Shown piece after piece: positions 49,716-60,202 of a DNA stretch of 64,000 bases. A program made the translations under genes and the position numbers. Under the pieces are notes generated by a model. The model was not told the DNA's origin, ran no database searches, and saw nothing but the letters and a program-made list of their open reading frames with translations. The DNA lies in NCBI GenBank assembly GCA_965222615.1, contig CBDCUI010000009.1:1024001-1088000 (forward strand), written 5' to 3'. Source of the DNA: Gammaproteobacteria bacterium (GTDB lineage Bacteria; Pseudomonadota; Gammaproteobacteria; UBA4575). The first letter of the stretch is position 1. Every line of letters starts with the position of its first letter.

Positions 49716-50597
49716 ATGCCTAGAACTTTTATAGCGATGCGGAGCGTTTTATATGTTCCTGGTTCAAATACTCGTGCCCTTGAAAAAACAAAGTCCCTTT
49801 CGGCAGATGCATTTATTTTTGATCTTGAAGATGCCGTATCACCTGAAATCAAAGAAGATGCTCGAAAAAATATCGTAAAGACATTAACTCAAAATGATTA
49901 TGGGAAAAAACAAACCGTGGTACGGGTCAACCCACTTAGCAGTCACTGGGGCTACGACGATTTAATTGCAGCAGCTAATAGTAATGCTACTGCCGTATTG
50001 CTACCCAAAGTCGAAAGTGCAGACATGGTAAGACAATCAGAATCCATTTTATACGAAGCAAACGCACCAGATGATCTAACTATTTGGTGCATGATGGAAA
50101 CACCAAGAAGTATGTTACATGCAGAAGAAATTGCTAGTGCAAGTTCTAAAATTAGAGCGATTGTTATGGGCACTTCAGATCTAGCAAAAGATCTTGGTGC
50201 TTTACACACTCGTGAACGAGTTCCATTTTTAACAAGTCTATGTCTTTGTATCATGGCTGCACGAGCAGCAGATGTAGCGATTGTTGATGGCGTTCACTTG
50301 AATTTAAAGGATGATGAAGGATTTAACTATGCATGCCAGCAAGGAAGGGAATTAGGCTTTGATGGGAAAACTCTTATCCATCCCAAAACCATATCTAAAG
50401 CGAATGAAATATTCTCGCCGTCTACAAATGAAATCTCTTGGTCGAAAAAGATAATACAAGCACACAAAGAAGCTGCTTCGCATGGTGAAGGAGTAGTCGT
50501 AGTAGATGGTAAATTAATTGAAAGTCTTCATGTAGAAGGTGCCAAACGTACATTGCTGTTAGCAAATGCCATAGCAAACCTTCAAAACGAATCTTAA
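49716..50597 (+). CDS. CoA ester lyase (CitE / malyl-CoA thioesterase-like)
   Basis: RSVLYVPG, DLEDAV, VRVN, LPKVE, MMETP, GTSDL, GFDGKTLIHP. Confidence 0.9.
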   Translation: MPRTFIAMRSVLYVPGSNTRALEKTKSLSADAFIFDLEDAVSPEIKEDARKNIVKTLTQNDYGKKQTVVRVNPLSSHWGYDDLIAAANSNATAVLLPKVESADMVRQSESILYEANAPDDLTIWCMMETPRSMLHAEEIASASSKIRAIVMGTSDLAKDLGALHTRERVPFLTSLCLCIMAARAADVAIVDGVHLNLKDDEGFNYACQQGRELGFDGKTLIHPKTISKANEIFSPSTNEISWSKKIIQAHKEAASHGEGVVVVDGKLIESLHVEGAKRTLLLANAIANLQNES

Positions 50598-50839
50598 ATT
50601 GTTTAGATTGATGGACTTTATATGACTATTCTTATTTGTTACTAAGGCTGGTAACAGACTTGTAACCCAGCTATTAAAAAACTAGTTTTGATATAGAAAC
50701 TGGCTGGACCGAAATGTATAAGTAGCCCCTTGTCCAGTTAAATCATATGCTGGTTTTAGTATAAATTCCTGTTGTGTGACCCCAAAAATAGCTAATTTAA
50801 ATTACTACAACAAAGTTTTGGATAACAGCTTTATACTGG

Positions 50840-51802
50840 TTAAGAGGCCACACTATTAACGAATGCATATCCATTATGGTTCTCGATAATCTTTACTGCA
50901 GGTGTACCTCCAAGAGTATGAGTTGTCGCATGATAAACCGACATTACTAAATCTTGGATTTCATTATCTTGTTCAAGGGTTTCTATATTCAAGCCTTCTT
51001 CAGATAATTGTTCAATCATCAATGGACGACCATGCGAAAGATGTTTATCACTAGTGAAAAATTCTGTCAGATTCTTAGCTTTTTTCTTAAAGTCCTTCTC
51101 ACCATTGAACATGTATGACTTCAACCATTTCTCAACTAGTTGTTTTGACAATTCTATAGACTTTTCACACTCAGACTTGAGACCCGGTGGATATTGGGCA
51201 ATTATTGGTGCCCATGCCCTATAGGCATTTCCATCAGATTGAGCTGCCTCCTCAAAATCTTTTAATAATGAATGGGCTGCTACAAATCTTATTTCTCCAG
51301 TATTAGTTCGGATTAACATTTGTGGGTCTGTTGGACCTAATGTTGAATGTCTACCCATCATTACGATATTTGCTGCACATGACATCATTGTAGCAGCTGA
51401 CATAGCCATGTGTGGAACGATAACCCTTATTTCATCAAACTTCGATCTTAAATAATTAATTATTTGTTCAGCTGCTTCTGGGCTACCCCCAGGACTATGT
51501 ATTATTAGATCGAGTTTTTTATTTCCTTTATCACATGTTTTAACCGCCTCTAAAAATCCATCTACATCAGAAGGATGAATAGTTATTTTATCTGCTGGAA
51601 TTTGAGATTTTTGTAACCAACCACTGGCATATATTATTGTATTGCGACATGTAGCATCTGAAAGCTGTTTTAAATATTTTCGTCTAACAAAATCCGGACC
51701 ACTTACCTGTAAGCGGAGGTCTTGTGGGTTTTGTTGACTGAGTTGTTGACGGAGCTCAATTTCTTGCTTTATCTCTGCAAGTATTTCACTCCAACCAGGC
51801 AT
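50840..51802 (-). CDS. SDH-family Clp-fold serine protease
   Basis: LDLIIHSPGG, AMSAATM, LGPTDPQ, SHGRP, KIIENH. Confidence 0.85.
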   Translation of the reverse strand: MPGWSEILAEIKQEIELRQQLSQQNPQDLRLQVSGPDFVRRKYLKQLSDATCRNTIIYASGWLQKSQIPADKITIHPSDVDGFLEAVKTCDKGNKKLDLIIHSPGGSPEAAEQIINYLRSKFDEIRVIVPHMAMSAATMMSCAANIVMMGRHSTLGPTDPQMLIRTNTGEIRFVAAHSLLKDFEEAAQSDGNAYRAWAPIIAQYPPGLKSECEKSIELSKQLVEKWLKSYMFNGEKDFKKKAKNLTEFFTSDKHLSHGRPLMIEQLSEEGLNIETLEQDNEIQDLVMSVYHATTHTLGGTPAVKIIENHNGYAFVNSVAS

Positions 51803-51813
51803 CTATAAGTAAT

Positions 51814-52002
51814 TTATCGCGATAGATCAGTAGAAGATATTGTCGTTGGAGAAAAGCTCGGCTGCATAACAAAACGACCGTCCGGTGATTGTGACAGTTC
51901 AACTTGGGTATGTAATGGCTTCGATTCTTTAACCAGTCGGTTAATTGAATCAATAGTCTCAACTACATCTAATACTTCTAGATTTGTTTTATTATCAGTC
52001 AT
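51814..52002 (-). CDS. Small hypothetical protein upstream of the protease
   Basis: 62 aa ORF ending 11 nt before the protease ATG. Confidence 0.5.
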   Translation of the reverse strand: MTDNKTNLEVLDVVETIDSINRLVKESKPLHTQVELSQSPDGRFVMQPSFSPTTISSTDLSR

Positions 52003-52168
52003 ATTAAATAGAGCTTCTTCTCTTAAAAATAGTTTAACAACGTTAAGAGTATTATCACAGCATAGTACTATTTTGTTATGTATTTATTGGTGAATGGCAC
52101 GTTTTGATTGATAATTTAGTAAAGTATCAGCTAAAGAATAGTTTTATTTTTAACATAAATTATTTTTA

Positions 52169-52243
52169 TGGCTGGGCCGGCAGGATTCGAACCTGCGAAT
52201 GCCGGGATCAAAACCCGGTGCCTTACCACTTGGCGACGGCCCA
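52169..52243 (-). tRNA. tRNA-Gln (TTG)
   Basis: TGGGCCGTCGCCAAGTGGTAAGGCACCGGGTTTTGATCCCGGCATTCGCAGGTTCGAATCCTGCCGGCCCAGCCA, canonical position after ispE. Confidence 0.97.
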
Positions 52244-52275
52244 ATTTTAAATGCTAAGTTTTAATTATCCTCAGC

Positions 52276-53139
52276 TTACAAATTTGCGGGTGAATGATTC
52301 AAGCCTTTAGCTACAAACGCAATCCACTCTAATGGGCAACTCTCGGCAATTTCACTGGCTTGTTGTTGTGACTCACACACGATAAACATCCCGCTACCAG
52401 AACCAGTGAGTCTAGCAGGTGAAAATTGATTTAACCATTGAAAGACTCGCTCCACTTCTGGATGACGACGGGCAATGGGTTCAAAAACATTCCGCGTTTG
52501 CAACTGCCTATCCTTGGTCTGTAAGAAGTCGCGTATTTTGATCGGCGTACAATTGCGTGTCAAATTCGAATCGCTGAACATTTGTTTAGTGTCCAAGTGC
52601 ACATTAGGAAAAACTACGACATGCCAAAATTCAGACAATTCAATCGGCTCTAACTGCTCTCCAATACCTTCCACCCAGCATGCTTGGCCGCGCACAAACA
52701 CTGGTACATCTGCTCCTAACTGGCTACCCAATTCTTGCATATATGACCGCTCTAAATTACAAGCCCATAACTGATTCAGAGCCAACAATGTAGTAGCCGC
52801 ATCCGAGCTGCCGCCACCTAAGCCAGCACCCATTGGAATCACTTTTTTTAATTCAATGTTTACTCCTTGGTGAATCGAACAAGTATTTTGCAAAAGCTTT
52901 GCCGCTTGAACAGACAGATCATCATCATAGGCAATATTACTAATTGAATTCTTACGCCGTATTTTTCCATCTTCTCGAAGAGTAAACTGCATTTGATCAC
53001 ATATATCTATAAATTGAATTGCGCTTTGCAATTGATGATAACCATCATCACGCTGTCCAATAATATGTAGAAAAAGATTTAGCTTTGCAGGAGCTAACCA
53101 GGTTTGTGATTCGAGTTTTGCAGAGATGTTATTATCCAA
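52276..53139 (-). CDS. ispE: 4-diphosphocytidyl-2-C-methyl-D-erythritol kinase
   Basis: APAKLNLFL, GYH, PMGAGLGGGSSDAA, LGADVP, LTGSGS. Confidence 0.97.
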   Translation of the reverse strand: MDNNISAKLESQTWLAPAKLNLFLHIIGQRDDGYHQLQSAIQFIDICDQMQFTLREDGKIRRKNSISNIAYDDDLSVQAAKLLQNTCSIHQGVNIELKKVIPMGAGLGGGSSDAATTLLALNQLWACNLERSYMQELGSQLGADVPVFVRGQACWVEGIGEQLEPIELSEFWHVVVFPNVHLDTKQMFSDSNLTRNCTPIKIRDFLQTKDRQLQTRNVFEPIARRHPEVERVFQWLNQFSPARLTGSGSGMFIVCESQQQASEIAESCPLEWIAFVAKGLNHSPANL

Positions 53140-53160
53140 TGCGTATACTTGAATCTGTTA

Positions 53161-53790
53161 TCACTTAACTGGATTTAGTGACCAATGATCGATGACAATG
53201 TTTGCGTTAAGTATTTTATTGGAAATTTTTATGAATGCCGGCATCGCAGGCTTGCCTTCATGATAACGATTATAATCTATTAACCAACCCGCCTGACTAA
53301 GCTGCTTTAACCGTCCTTGATCATCTAAATCTAAGGACGCATAGGTCTGAGCAGGATCGGGTATGCCACGCATCCAATAACGCAAACCTTTGACTGGCAA
53401 TGAATAACCGAAAAGGTCTTGCATTAAGCCTTCAGGATCCACGGCGGAATAGGACTCTCCTTTCGATGTGGTGAGCTGCACATCTCCTGGTTTACCTTCG
53501 ATTACAGCAACTTTCCTACCCAATGGCCCATGCAAATCAATATTAAAATCCTGTCGTTGCTGGCGCCAACGCACACCTGCACGAAACCCTTCATCATTGG
53601 ATCTACCTGCAACACGCCCTTTTAAGCTCCAATTCTGCAGCGCTTCTAAATTAACTCGGTGTAGTTCCCAAGCAGCTTGCTTGCCAATTTCGGAATCAGG
53701 CGGGAGAGTATGTTCTTGAACGGTAACACACGCGTTCAAAACAAAAAGCAGTAAAATTATAAATACGACCTGCCTCATTTGGGCAAGCAC
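53161..53790 (-). CDS. lolB: Outer-membrane lipoprotein LolB
   Basis: Lipobox LNAC, W.L.GRV, LPV..LRYW..G.P; upstream of ispE. Confidence 0.93.
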   Translation of the reverse strand: MLAQMRQVVFIILLLFVLNACVTVQEHTLPPDSEIGKQAAWELHRVNLEALQNWSLKGRVAGRSNDEGFRAGVRWRQQRQDFNIDLHGPLGRKVAVIEGKPGDVQLTTSKGESYSAVDPEGLMQDLFGYSLPVKGLRYWMRGIPDPAQTYASLDLDDQGRLKQLSQAGWLIDYNRYHEGKPAMPAFIKISNKILNANIVIDHWSLNPVK

Positions 53791-53791
53791 C

Positions 53792-55624
53792 TCATTGCTG
53801 GAGCTTTTGCTGGAGCTCTAATAAGTATTCGTCTTCAGGTTCCCTTTCAAGACTCTCATTAATAATCTTACGCGCTTCATCATAATTACCTTGAGCTAAC
53901 AGCAGCTCTACCAAATGCCCAGCAATTTCGGAATCCTCTAAAAGCCCGTAAGCTTTACGTAAATAATTTTCAGCCTCTAGCAAATTACCCAGACGAAATT
54001 GCACCCAACCCATACTATCGATCACTGCGGGATCATCAGGGCGAATCTCTAAAGCCCGCTTTATATAACCCAAGGCCTCATCCACTCTGAAATTATGGTC
54101 TGCCAAGGTATAACCCAACGCATTTAGCGCAGACGCATTATCTGGGTCTTCGGAAAGAATTGCTTTGAGATCGATTTCTAACAAATCAATTCGATCAATT
54201 TCTTCTGCCATCAAGGCACGTGCATATAACAAATCACTATGCCCAGGAAATTCTTGAAGTCCTTCACTGTAAAGATCCATCGCCGCGACATAAAGTTTTT
54301 CATCGTGCAATAATTGCCCTTCAACTAAATACACTTCGATAATATTTTCAGGTGAACTTAAACTTGCGCGCACATTCTTTAAATAACTTTGTGCTTTCTG
54401 TATTCCATCTAGATCTTTATAAATTGTAGCAATACGCGCTTTAGCATCGATATAGTATTGGCCTTGCTCAACCTTTTCGAATTCTGCAATCGCTTGTTGG
54501 TGTTTCTTTTGTTCTTCGGCAACTCTACCTAAATAATAGTGACCCTCATCTTTGCGCTGATTGCGCTCAACTAAGCGCTTGAACTGCACTTCAGCCTCAA
54601 TGTATTGTTCTAGCTGCAAGCGCAATAGCCCAAGGGTGTAAATTAAATCTGTATCATTTGGGTTTTCTGCAAGTAACAGATCAAATTCAACAGCAGCCTC
54701 ATCGTATTTTTCTGCAGTAAGCAACATCCGTGCATAAGCCATACGCATTTCACGGTTCTCAGGAGATTCTTCAACAATGAGTTTCATTTCCTGCAGGGCC
54801 TGATCGGTTTCCTTGAGATTCATTAAAGCTTGTGCCCGCATTGCACGCGCTTCGACTAAATCAGGCTTGAACCCTAAGGCAATTTCACTTTCATCTATAG
54901 TGCGTTGGTAATCTTGTGACTGAAAGGCAAGGCTCGCTAAGGTGAGGTGTCCGTACGGATTTTCAAAATGTTTGAGTACTAACCTTTCTAATAATTGTAT
55001 TGCGGCTTCAGATTCTGTTTCACGAGCAAGTACCGCGCCAATAATACTAAAGCCTTTTGCGGGGGAGTCATCGGCGGCTGACATAATTTTCTCAAAATGT
55101 GGCACTGCGGCATCAACATTGCCACTACGCAGCTCAAGTACACCCAGTATTTGACTAATCTCTAAGTTATCACCGGCTAACTCGGACCATCGAGTTGCTG
55201 CCTTAATACCCAACGGCCAATCTTTTGCAAACATGGCAATGCGAGTGGCGCGCTCCGCAACAGATGGATCATCCGTCAAATTTGCCGCATTGATATAATG
55301 CTGCAGGGCTTGCTGGACATCCCCAAATTGACCGGATAGCTCTCCAACCAGAACTTCATACATAAGATCTGACTGTTCACTATATTTACTATCCTGAGCT
55401 TCACGTATTTTCAATGACTTATCAGGATCAGCGAGTCTTTCATCCTCACCAGTATCCACCTTGAATGAGGCACAGCTGACCACACCGAAAACCAAGATCA
55501 GTGCCGTAATTTGGTTAAGAATCCGCAGAATAGGGGCTTTAATCTTCAATATACTGTGTTGTGTCAATGGCTTTAGTAGACTATACCTAATAATACTGTA
55601 GTTAACTGAGCAATTCATACGCAT
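53792..55624 (-). CDS. TPR lipoprotein conserved between hemA and lolB (true start probably downstream of 55624)
   Basis: VVSC lipobox, many TPRs, ALNALGYTLAD, DSMGWV. Confidence 0.88.
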   Translation of the reverse strand: MRMNCSVNYSIIRYSLLKPLTQHSILKIKAPILRILNQITALILVFGVVSCASFKVDTGEDERLADPDKSLKIREAQDSKYSEQSDLMYEVLVGELSGQFGDVQQALQHYINAANLTDDPSVAERATRIAMFAKDWPLGIKAATRWSELAGDNLEISQILGVLELRSGNVDAAVPHFEKIMSAADDSPAKGFSIIGAVLARETESEAAIQLLERLVLKHFENPYGHLTLASLAFQSQDYQRTIDESEIALGFKPDLVEARAMRAQALMNLKETDQALQEMKLIVEESPENREMRMAYARMLLTAEKYDEAAVEFDLLLAENPNDTDLIYTLGLLRLQLEQYIEAEVQFKRLVERNQRKDEGHYYLGRVAEEQKKHQQAIAEFEKVEQGQYYIDAKARIATIYKDLDGIQKAQSYLKNVRASLSSPENIIEVYLVEGQLLHDEKLYVAAMDLYSEGLQEFPGHSDLLYARALMAEEIDRIDLLEIDLKAILSEDPDNASALNALGYTLADHNFRVDEALGYIKRALEIRPDDPAVIDSMGWVQFRLGNLLEAENYLRKAYGLLEDSEIAGHLVELLLAQGNYDEARKIINESLEREPEDEYLLELQQKLQQ

Positions 55625-55704
55625 TTTGACAGTTTTTAGAGGTAGTTAGACCAGGTTCAGCCATATCTAGATCGTTCATATCAGCAGAGATACCACATAC
55701 TTTC

Positions 55705-56970
55705 ATGTCCTTATTCACCCTCGGAATCAACCATACCACTGCCCCTCTTGAGATTCGTGAGCAAGTAGCAGTGAGTGAGCAAAATCTCAGCCAAGCACTA
55801 AAAAAGCTCATAACCGTGCCCCAGGTAGATGAGGCTGCGATTATATCTACCTGTAACCGTACTGAACTCTACTGTGAAATTACTGAGCTAAGTAAAGGCA
55901 AACAAGGCATTCTGAGTTGGCTAAATTCCTTTCATAATTTAGATTCAGCCGACACGGAACCCTATTTATATGACCATCTAGATGAGTCTGTGGTTCGACA
56001 TATGTTTCGCGTCGCTTGTGGACTTGATTCTATGGTATTAGGAGAACCACAAATATTAGGCCAATTAAAATCCGCTTATCACGATGCCAATCAAGCCGGC
56101 ACATTAGGCAGAAACCTGAACCAACTTTTTCAACACTCTTTTAGTGTTGCTAAAAAAGTCCGTACCGATACTGCAATTGGCGCCAATCCAGTTTCTGTAG
56201 CATCTGCGGCAGTTTCCTTATCTAAACAAATTTTTGGCGACCTTAGTGAACACTCTGCATTATTAATTGGCGCTGGAGAAACTATAGAATTAGCCGCTGA
56301 GCATTTAAACAGCGCGGGAATTGGAAGCATTACCGTTGCAAACCGCAGTATTGAACGCGCGCAAAAAATAGCTGATCGTGTTAATGGGCAAGGCGTGAAC
56401 TTGAGCTTTGTAAATGAAGTATTACCAAAATCTGAAATTGTAATTACTGCAACTGCCAGTACGTTGCCTATTCTTGGTAAAGGTTTGGTAGAACGCGCAT
56501 TAAAAGAGCGCAAACATAAACCGATCTTTATGGTTGATTTAGCCGTACCAAGGGATATTGAACCTGAAGTTGCCAAGCTTTCGGATGTTTACTTATATAC
56601 GATCGATGACTTACAGAATGTAATCGAACTTAATTTGCAGTCTAGAAAGGAAGCCGCAGACCAAGCCGAAGAAATTATTGATCTTGAAGTAGAAAAATTT
56701 TCCTCGTGGTTACGCAGCCAAAGTGTTGTACATACCGTGCGTACATTTAGAGAGAAAGCGGAAGTACACCGGGATGATGTTTTAGAAAAAGCGCGCAAAA
56801 TGCTTGAACAAGGCAAATCCACTGATGAGGTATTACATTATCTAGCATATACTTTAACTAACAAGCTTACCCATGAACCAACTGAGGCACTCAATCTAGC
56901 TGGCAAAGAAGGCAAAAATGAGTTGATCGAGGCGGCCCGTATACTGTTAAATATCCCTACCGATGAGTAA
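55705..56970 (+). CDS. hemA: Glutamyl-tRNA reductase
   Basis: GINHTTAP..IRE, STCNRTE, GLDSMVLGEPQILGQ, GAGE, DLAVPRD. Confidence 0.98.
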   Translation: MSLFTLGINHTTAPLEIREQVAVSEQNLSQALKKLITVPQVDEAAIISTCNRTELYCEITELSKGKQGILSWLNSFHNLDSADTEPYLYDHLDESVVRHMFRVACGLDSMVLGEPQILGQLKSAYHDANQAGTLGRNLNQLFQHSFSVAKKVRTDTAIGANPVSVASAAVSLSKQIFGDLSEHSALLIGAGETIELAAEHLNSAGIGSITVANRSIERAQKIADRVNGQGVNLSFVNEVLPKSEIVITATASTLPILGKGLVERALKERKHKPIFMVDLAVPRDIEPEVAKLSDVYLYTIDDLQNVIELNLQSRKEAADQAEEIIDLEVEKFSSWLRSQSVVHTVRTFREKAEVHRDDVLEKARKMLEQGKSTDEVLHYLAYTLTNKLTHEPTEALNLAGKEGKNELIEAARILLNIPTDE

Positions 56971-57119
56971 ACCTACTTTTAATTCTGTTTCAAATAACGC
57001 GTTTAATGCACTAAGCATTCAAGCCGCACTTTTTTATTAGCTTTACTTAACCTCTACTACTTACCAATATTGTGTTTCCAAAGAGAAACGCATTTTTTTA
57101 GTTTTTTTATTAGCTGTAC

Positions 57120-58211
57120 ATGAAAGACTCAATTCTACGAAAACTTGAAACTATTAAAGAACGGCATGAAGAAATTTCTGCCGAACTTGCTGACCCAGAT
57201 GTGATCAGTAATCAAAATGAATTTACTAAGCTGTCAAAGGAATATGCACAGCTTGAACCTATTGTGAAAAAGTTCAATGAGTATCTGCAGGCTAATGATG
57301 ATCTGTCTGCCGCAAAAGAACTCGTTAATGATCAAGATGAAGACTTGAAGTCAATGGCATTAGAAGAAATAAAAGATTGCGAAGAACGCATTGAACAACT
57401 TGAAAACGAATTGCAAACCTTGTTATTGCCTAAAGATCCGCATGATGAGAGTGATGTATTTTTAGAAATTCGTGCAGGCACTGGTGGAGATGAAGCCGCC
57501 ATATTCGCAGGCGATCTATTTAGGATGTATTCCAGATATGCAGAAAACAAACGTTGGAAAGTAGAAGTCATTAACCAAAATGAAGGTGATCACGGAGGTT
57601 TTAAAGAAATTATCGCTAAGATTTCAGGCAACGAAGTGTATTCAAATTTAAAGTTTGAATCTGGTGCCCATCGTGTGCAACGTGTCCCCGAGACAGAATC
57701 ACAAGGACGTGTACATACCTCAGCAGCGACGGTTGCTATCATGCCAGAAGTAGATGAAATTGATGAAATTGAAATTGATACTACGGATTTGCGTATTGAT
57801 ACATTTCGCGCATCCGGTGCCGGTGGCCAGCATGTCAATAAAACTGACTCCGCAATACGCATTACCCATATTCCGACAGGAGTGGTTGTTGAATGCCAAG
57901 ACGAACGTTCACAACATAAGAATCGTGCTCGAGCGATGTCATTATTAAGTGCACGCCTATTAGACCAAGAACAAAAAAAGCAAATAGCAGAACAGGCGGA
58001 ATCACGCCGCAACTTAGTAGGAAGCGGCGACCGCTCTGAACGCATTCGTACCTATAACTTCCCTCAAGGACGCGTGACGGATCACCGCATCAATTTAACC
58101 TTATATAAATTGGATGAAATGATGCAAGGTAATGTCGACCAAGTGATTCAACCATTACGTAATGAACATCAAGCGGATTTGCTTGCCTCAATGAATGACG
58201 AGACTTTATAA
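57120..58211 (+). CDS. prfA: Peptide chain release factor 1
   Basis: [17 protein letters not shown] (PxT), [17 protein letters not shown]. Confidence 0.98.
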   Translation: MKDSILRKLETIKERHEEISAELADPDVISNQNEFTKLSKEYAQLEPIVKKFNEYLQANDDLSAAKELVNDQDEDLKSMALEEIKDCEERIEQLENELQTLLLPKDPHDESDVFLEIRAGTGGDEAAIFAGDLFRMYSRYAENKRWKVEVINQNEGDHGGFKEIIAKISGNEVYSNLKFESGAHRVQRVPETESQGRVHTSAATVAIMPEVDEIDEIEIDTTDLRIDTFRASGAGGQHVNKTDSAIRITHIPTGVVVECQDERSQHKNRARAMSLLSARLLDQEQKKQIAEQAESRRNLVGSGDRSERIRTYNFPQGRVTDHRINLTLYKLDEMMQGNVDQVIQPLRNEHQADLLASMNDETL

Positions 58212-58214
58212 GCA

Positions 58215-59045
58215 ATGACTTATCAAGAAGCGATCAATTACGCGAAAACTAGGCTTAAGCCAATAAGCGATTCTGCTGTAATTGATGCCTACTCTCTTCT
58301 TAGTCATGTCTGCAAAGTTGAACAAACGATACTACTAGCACACCCTGAAAATAGACTTTCCAAACAAGAACAAGTTTCTTTTAACAAACTACTTGATCGT
58401 CGACAATATGGCGAGCCCTTAGCCTATATAAGAGGTGAACAAGAGTTTTGGTCACTTAGCTTTTTAGTTAATCAACAGGTGTTAATCCCTCGTCCAGAAA
58501 CAGAGCTATTGGTAGAAATTGCACTGAACATAATTTCAAAACTTGAAACTCCACGTGTTTTAGATCTTGGCACAGGCTCAGGTGCAATAGCGATCGCTAT
58601 TGCCAATGAAACTAATAATGGTTCTATATATGCTGCAGATATTTCTTTGACTGCATTGGAAATTGCAAAAAAAAATGCTGCCAAACATCGAGCAAAGATC
58701 ACCTTTAAACATAGTAACTGGTATGAAAATTTGCAGCATGAAAAATTTGATCTAATTGTCTGCAACCCGCCTTATGCGGCTGCAAATGACCCGAACCTCT
58801 GCCCTTACGTTAGAGAATACGAGCCATACAATGCTGTAATAAGTAACAAAAACGGTTTACAGGATATTGAGCTGGTTGTTAGACAAGCACATAAGCACTT
58901 AAACACTTTTGGACACTTAGCCATTGAACATGGATTTGAACAAAGGTCAGCTGTGCAAAAATTATTTAAACAATATGACTTTAAACAAGTGATTACATAT
59001 AAAGACTTAGCAGGACATGATCGTGTTACATGTGGTCATCTGTAA
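58215..59045 (+). CDS. prmC: Release factor glutamine methyltransferase
   Basis: GEPLAYI, LIPRPETE, DLGTGSG, NPPY. Confidence 0.97.
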   Translation: MTYQEAINYAKTRLKPISDSAVIDAYSLLSHVCKVEQTILLAHPENRLSKQEQVSFNKLLDRRQYGEPLAYIRGEQEFWSLSFLVNQQVLIPRPETELLVEIALNIISKLETPRVLDLGTGSGAIAIAIANETNNGSIYAADISLTALEIAKKNAAKHRAKITFKHSNWYENLQHEKFDLIVCNPPYAAANDPNLCPYVREYEPYNAVISNKNGLQDIELVVRQAHKHLNTFGHLAIEHGFEQRSAVQKLFKQYDFKQVITYKDLAGHDRVTCGHL

Positions 59046-59203
59046 TCATAGACTGGACCAACAATTTATAAGTTGCAGTAATTAACTTTTACAAATAAAT
59101 CCTCAAGTAAACTATTTGTAAACACATATATAGTAATATTCAAAATTAGATTTATCCTTTCTGGATTAGTTAACTTATCAAATTATTGAAATAATTGGTG
59201 GTT

Positions 59204-59230
59204 GGGCCTCGCTTTTATGCGAGGTTTTTT
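59204..59230 (+). terminator. Intrinsic terminator
   Basis: GGCCTCGC-TTTTAT-GCGAGGTT followed by a T run. Confidence 0.75.
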
Positions 59231-59256
59231 ATGTATGGAATTTGTAATTTTTAAAT

Positions 59257-59520
59257 ATGGATTTTGACAGAACCTTACTAACCGACAATTATCTGATTGC
59301 CGTCGTAAAATGTATTGAAAACTATGGCTATAATGCAGGTGATTTTGAGTTTTCCACTCAACGCACACATGGCTATAAGAAAGGTGCATTAGACCCTAAA
59401 GCAATTGTTTATGTCTGTAGAATCAGTACTGGAATAGAAATGAATTATGTTCTAGGTGAAGAATCGGATTTTTCGAATCAGTTTTGCGATGACTTAAAAT
59501 CGGGAGTGTTTGACGGCTAA
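59257..59520 (+). CDS. Hypothetical protein
   Basis: 87 aa ORF; F..DLKSG.F C-terminus; no recognised domain. Confidence 0.6.
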   Translation: MDFDRTLLTDNYLIAVVKCIENYGYNAGDFEFSTQRTHGYKKGALDPKAIVYVCRISTGIEMNYVLGEESDFSNQFCDDLKSGVFDG

Positions 59521-59533
59521 ACATTCAGATTAA

Positions 59534-60052
59534 TCACGTATTTCTAACGTTAACAACTTTTGTGCCTGCGATAAAATCGTGGACGCATCTTCTGTCTTTT
59601 CTAAAAATAAATAACGCATCAATTGTAGGAAGAAAGCTACCAATTATCGGTACTACTGATGACAAAGTTATTGGCAAGTAACGTAACCCAAACAATTTGA
59701 TAAGTGAAACTTTTTTATTATCCGTTGAGACAATTTTTATTTTGAGCAATTTCTTTCCAACAGTCTGTCCAGATTTATGCAAGTAATATCCATGTATCAG
59801 CAAAAACGCTACAAGACCAAATACCGTAGCTGCAATTAAATATGTGAGACCTGGCTGTTGTCCAAATTGCTCATAACCAAGATAAGGCCCTATAAAAAAC
59901 ATAAAGGGAACACCAAGCGCTAGTCCGATTGTTCCATCAATCAATGCCGCAAATAATCGAGTTTTCTTGAGCGCCAATCCTCCATCTTCAGTCACGTCTT
60001 CCAACTTAAGATCTGCTTTTGGTGTTTCATATACATTCGTCAAATTGCTCAT
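59534..60052 (-). CDS. RDD family membrane protein
   Basis: RLFAALID, GQTVGKKLLKIKIV, RRCVHDFIAGT.VV. Confidence 0.93.
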   Translation of the reverse strand: MSNLTNVYETPKADLKLEDVTEDGGLALKKTRLFAALIDGTIGLALGVPFMFFIGPYLGYEQFGQQPGLTYLIAATVFGLVAFLLIHGYYLHKSGQTVGKKLLKIKIVSTDNKKVSLIKLFGLRYLPITLSSVVPIIGSFLPTIDALFIFRKDRRCVHDFIAGTKVVNVRNT

Positions 60053-60092
60053 TTGTGCTAGTCCTTTAAAATGATTTGTAACGATTGACTGT

Positions 60093-60122
60093 AAACTCCA
60101 TCCTAAACTTTGGAGTTTTTTT
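60093..60122. terminator. Possible terminator hairpin between the RND and RDD genes
   Basis: AAACTCCA-N10-TGGAGTTTTTTT. Confidence 0.4.
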
Positions 60123-60202
60123 ACTAGACAGGGCGGATCGTAGCTAAATACTGGGAAATTTGACTATAGACTATCTTGAGCTGTGCAATTAAGCAGACTA
60201 AA

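Noticed and set aside
50720-50785. Possible transposon-end fragments (TGTGTGACCCC)
   Set aside because: Too short; no partner end or transposase in the window
32625-52168. Intact prophage or ICE
   Set aside because: No integrase, phage structural, relaxase or conjugation genes
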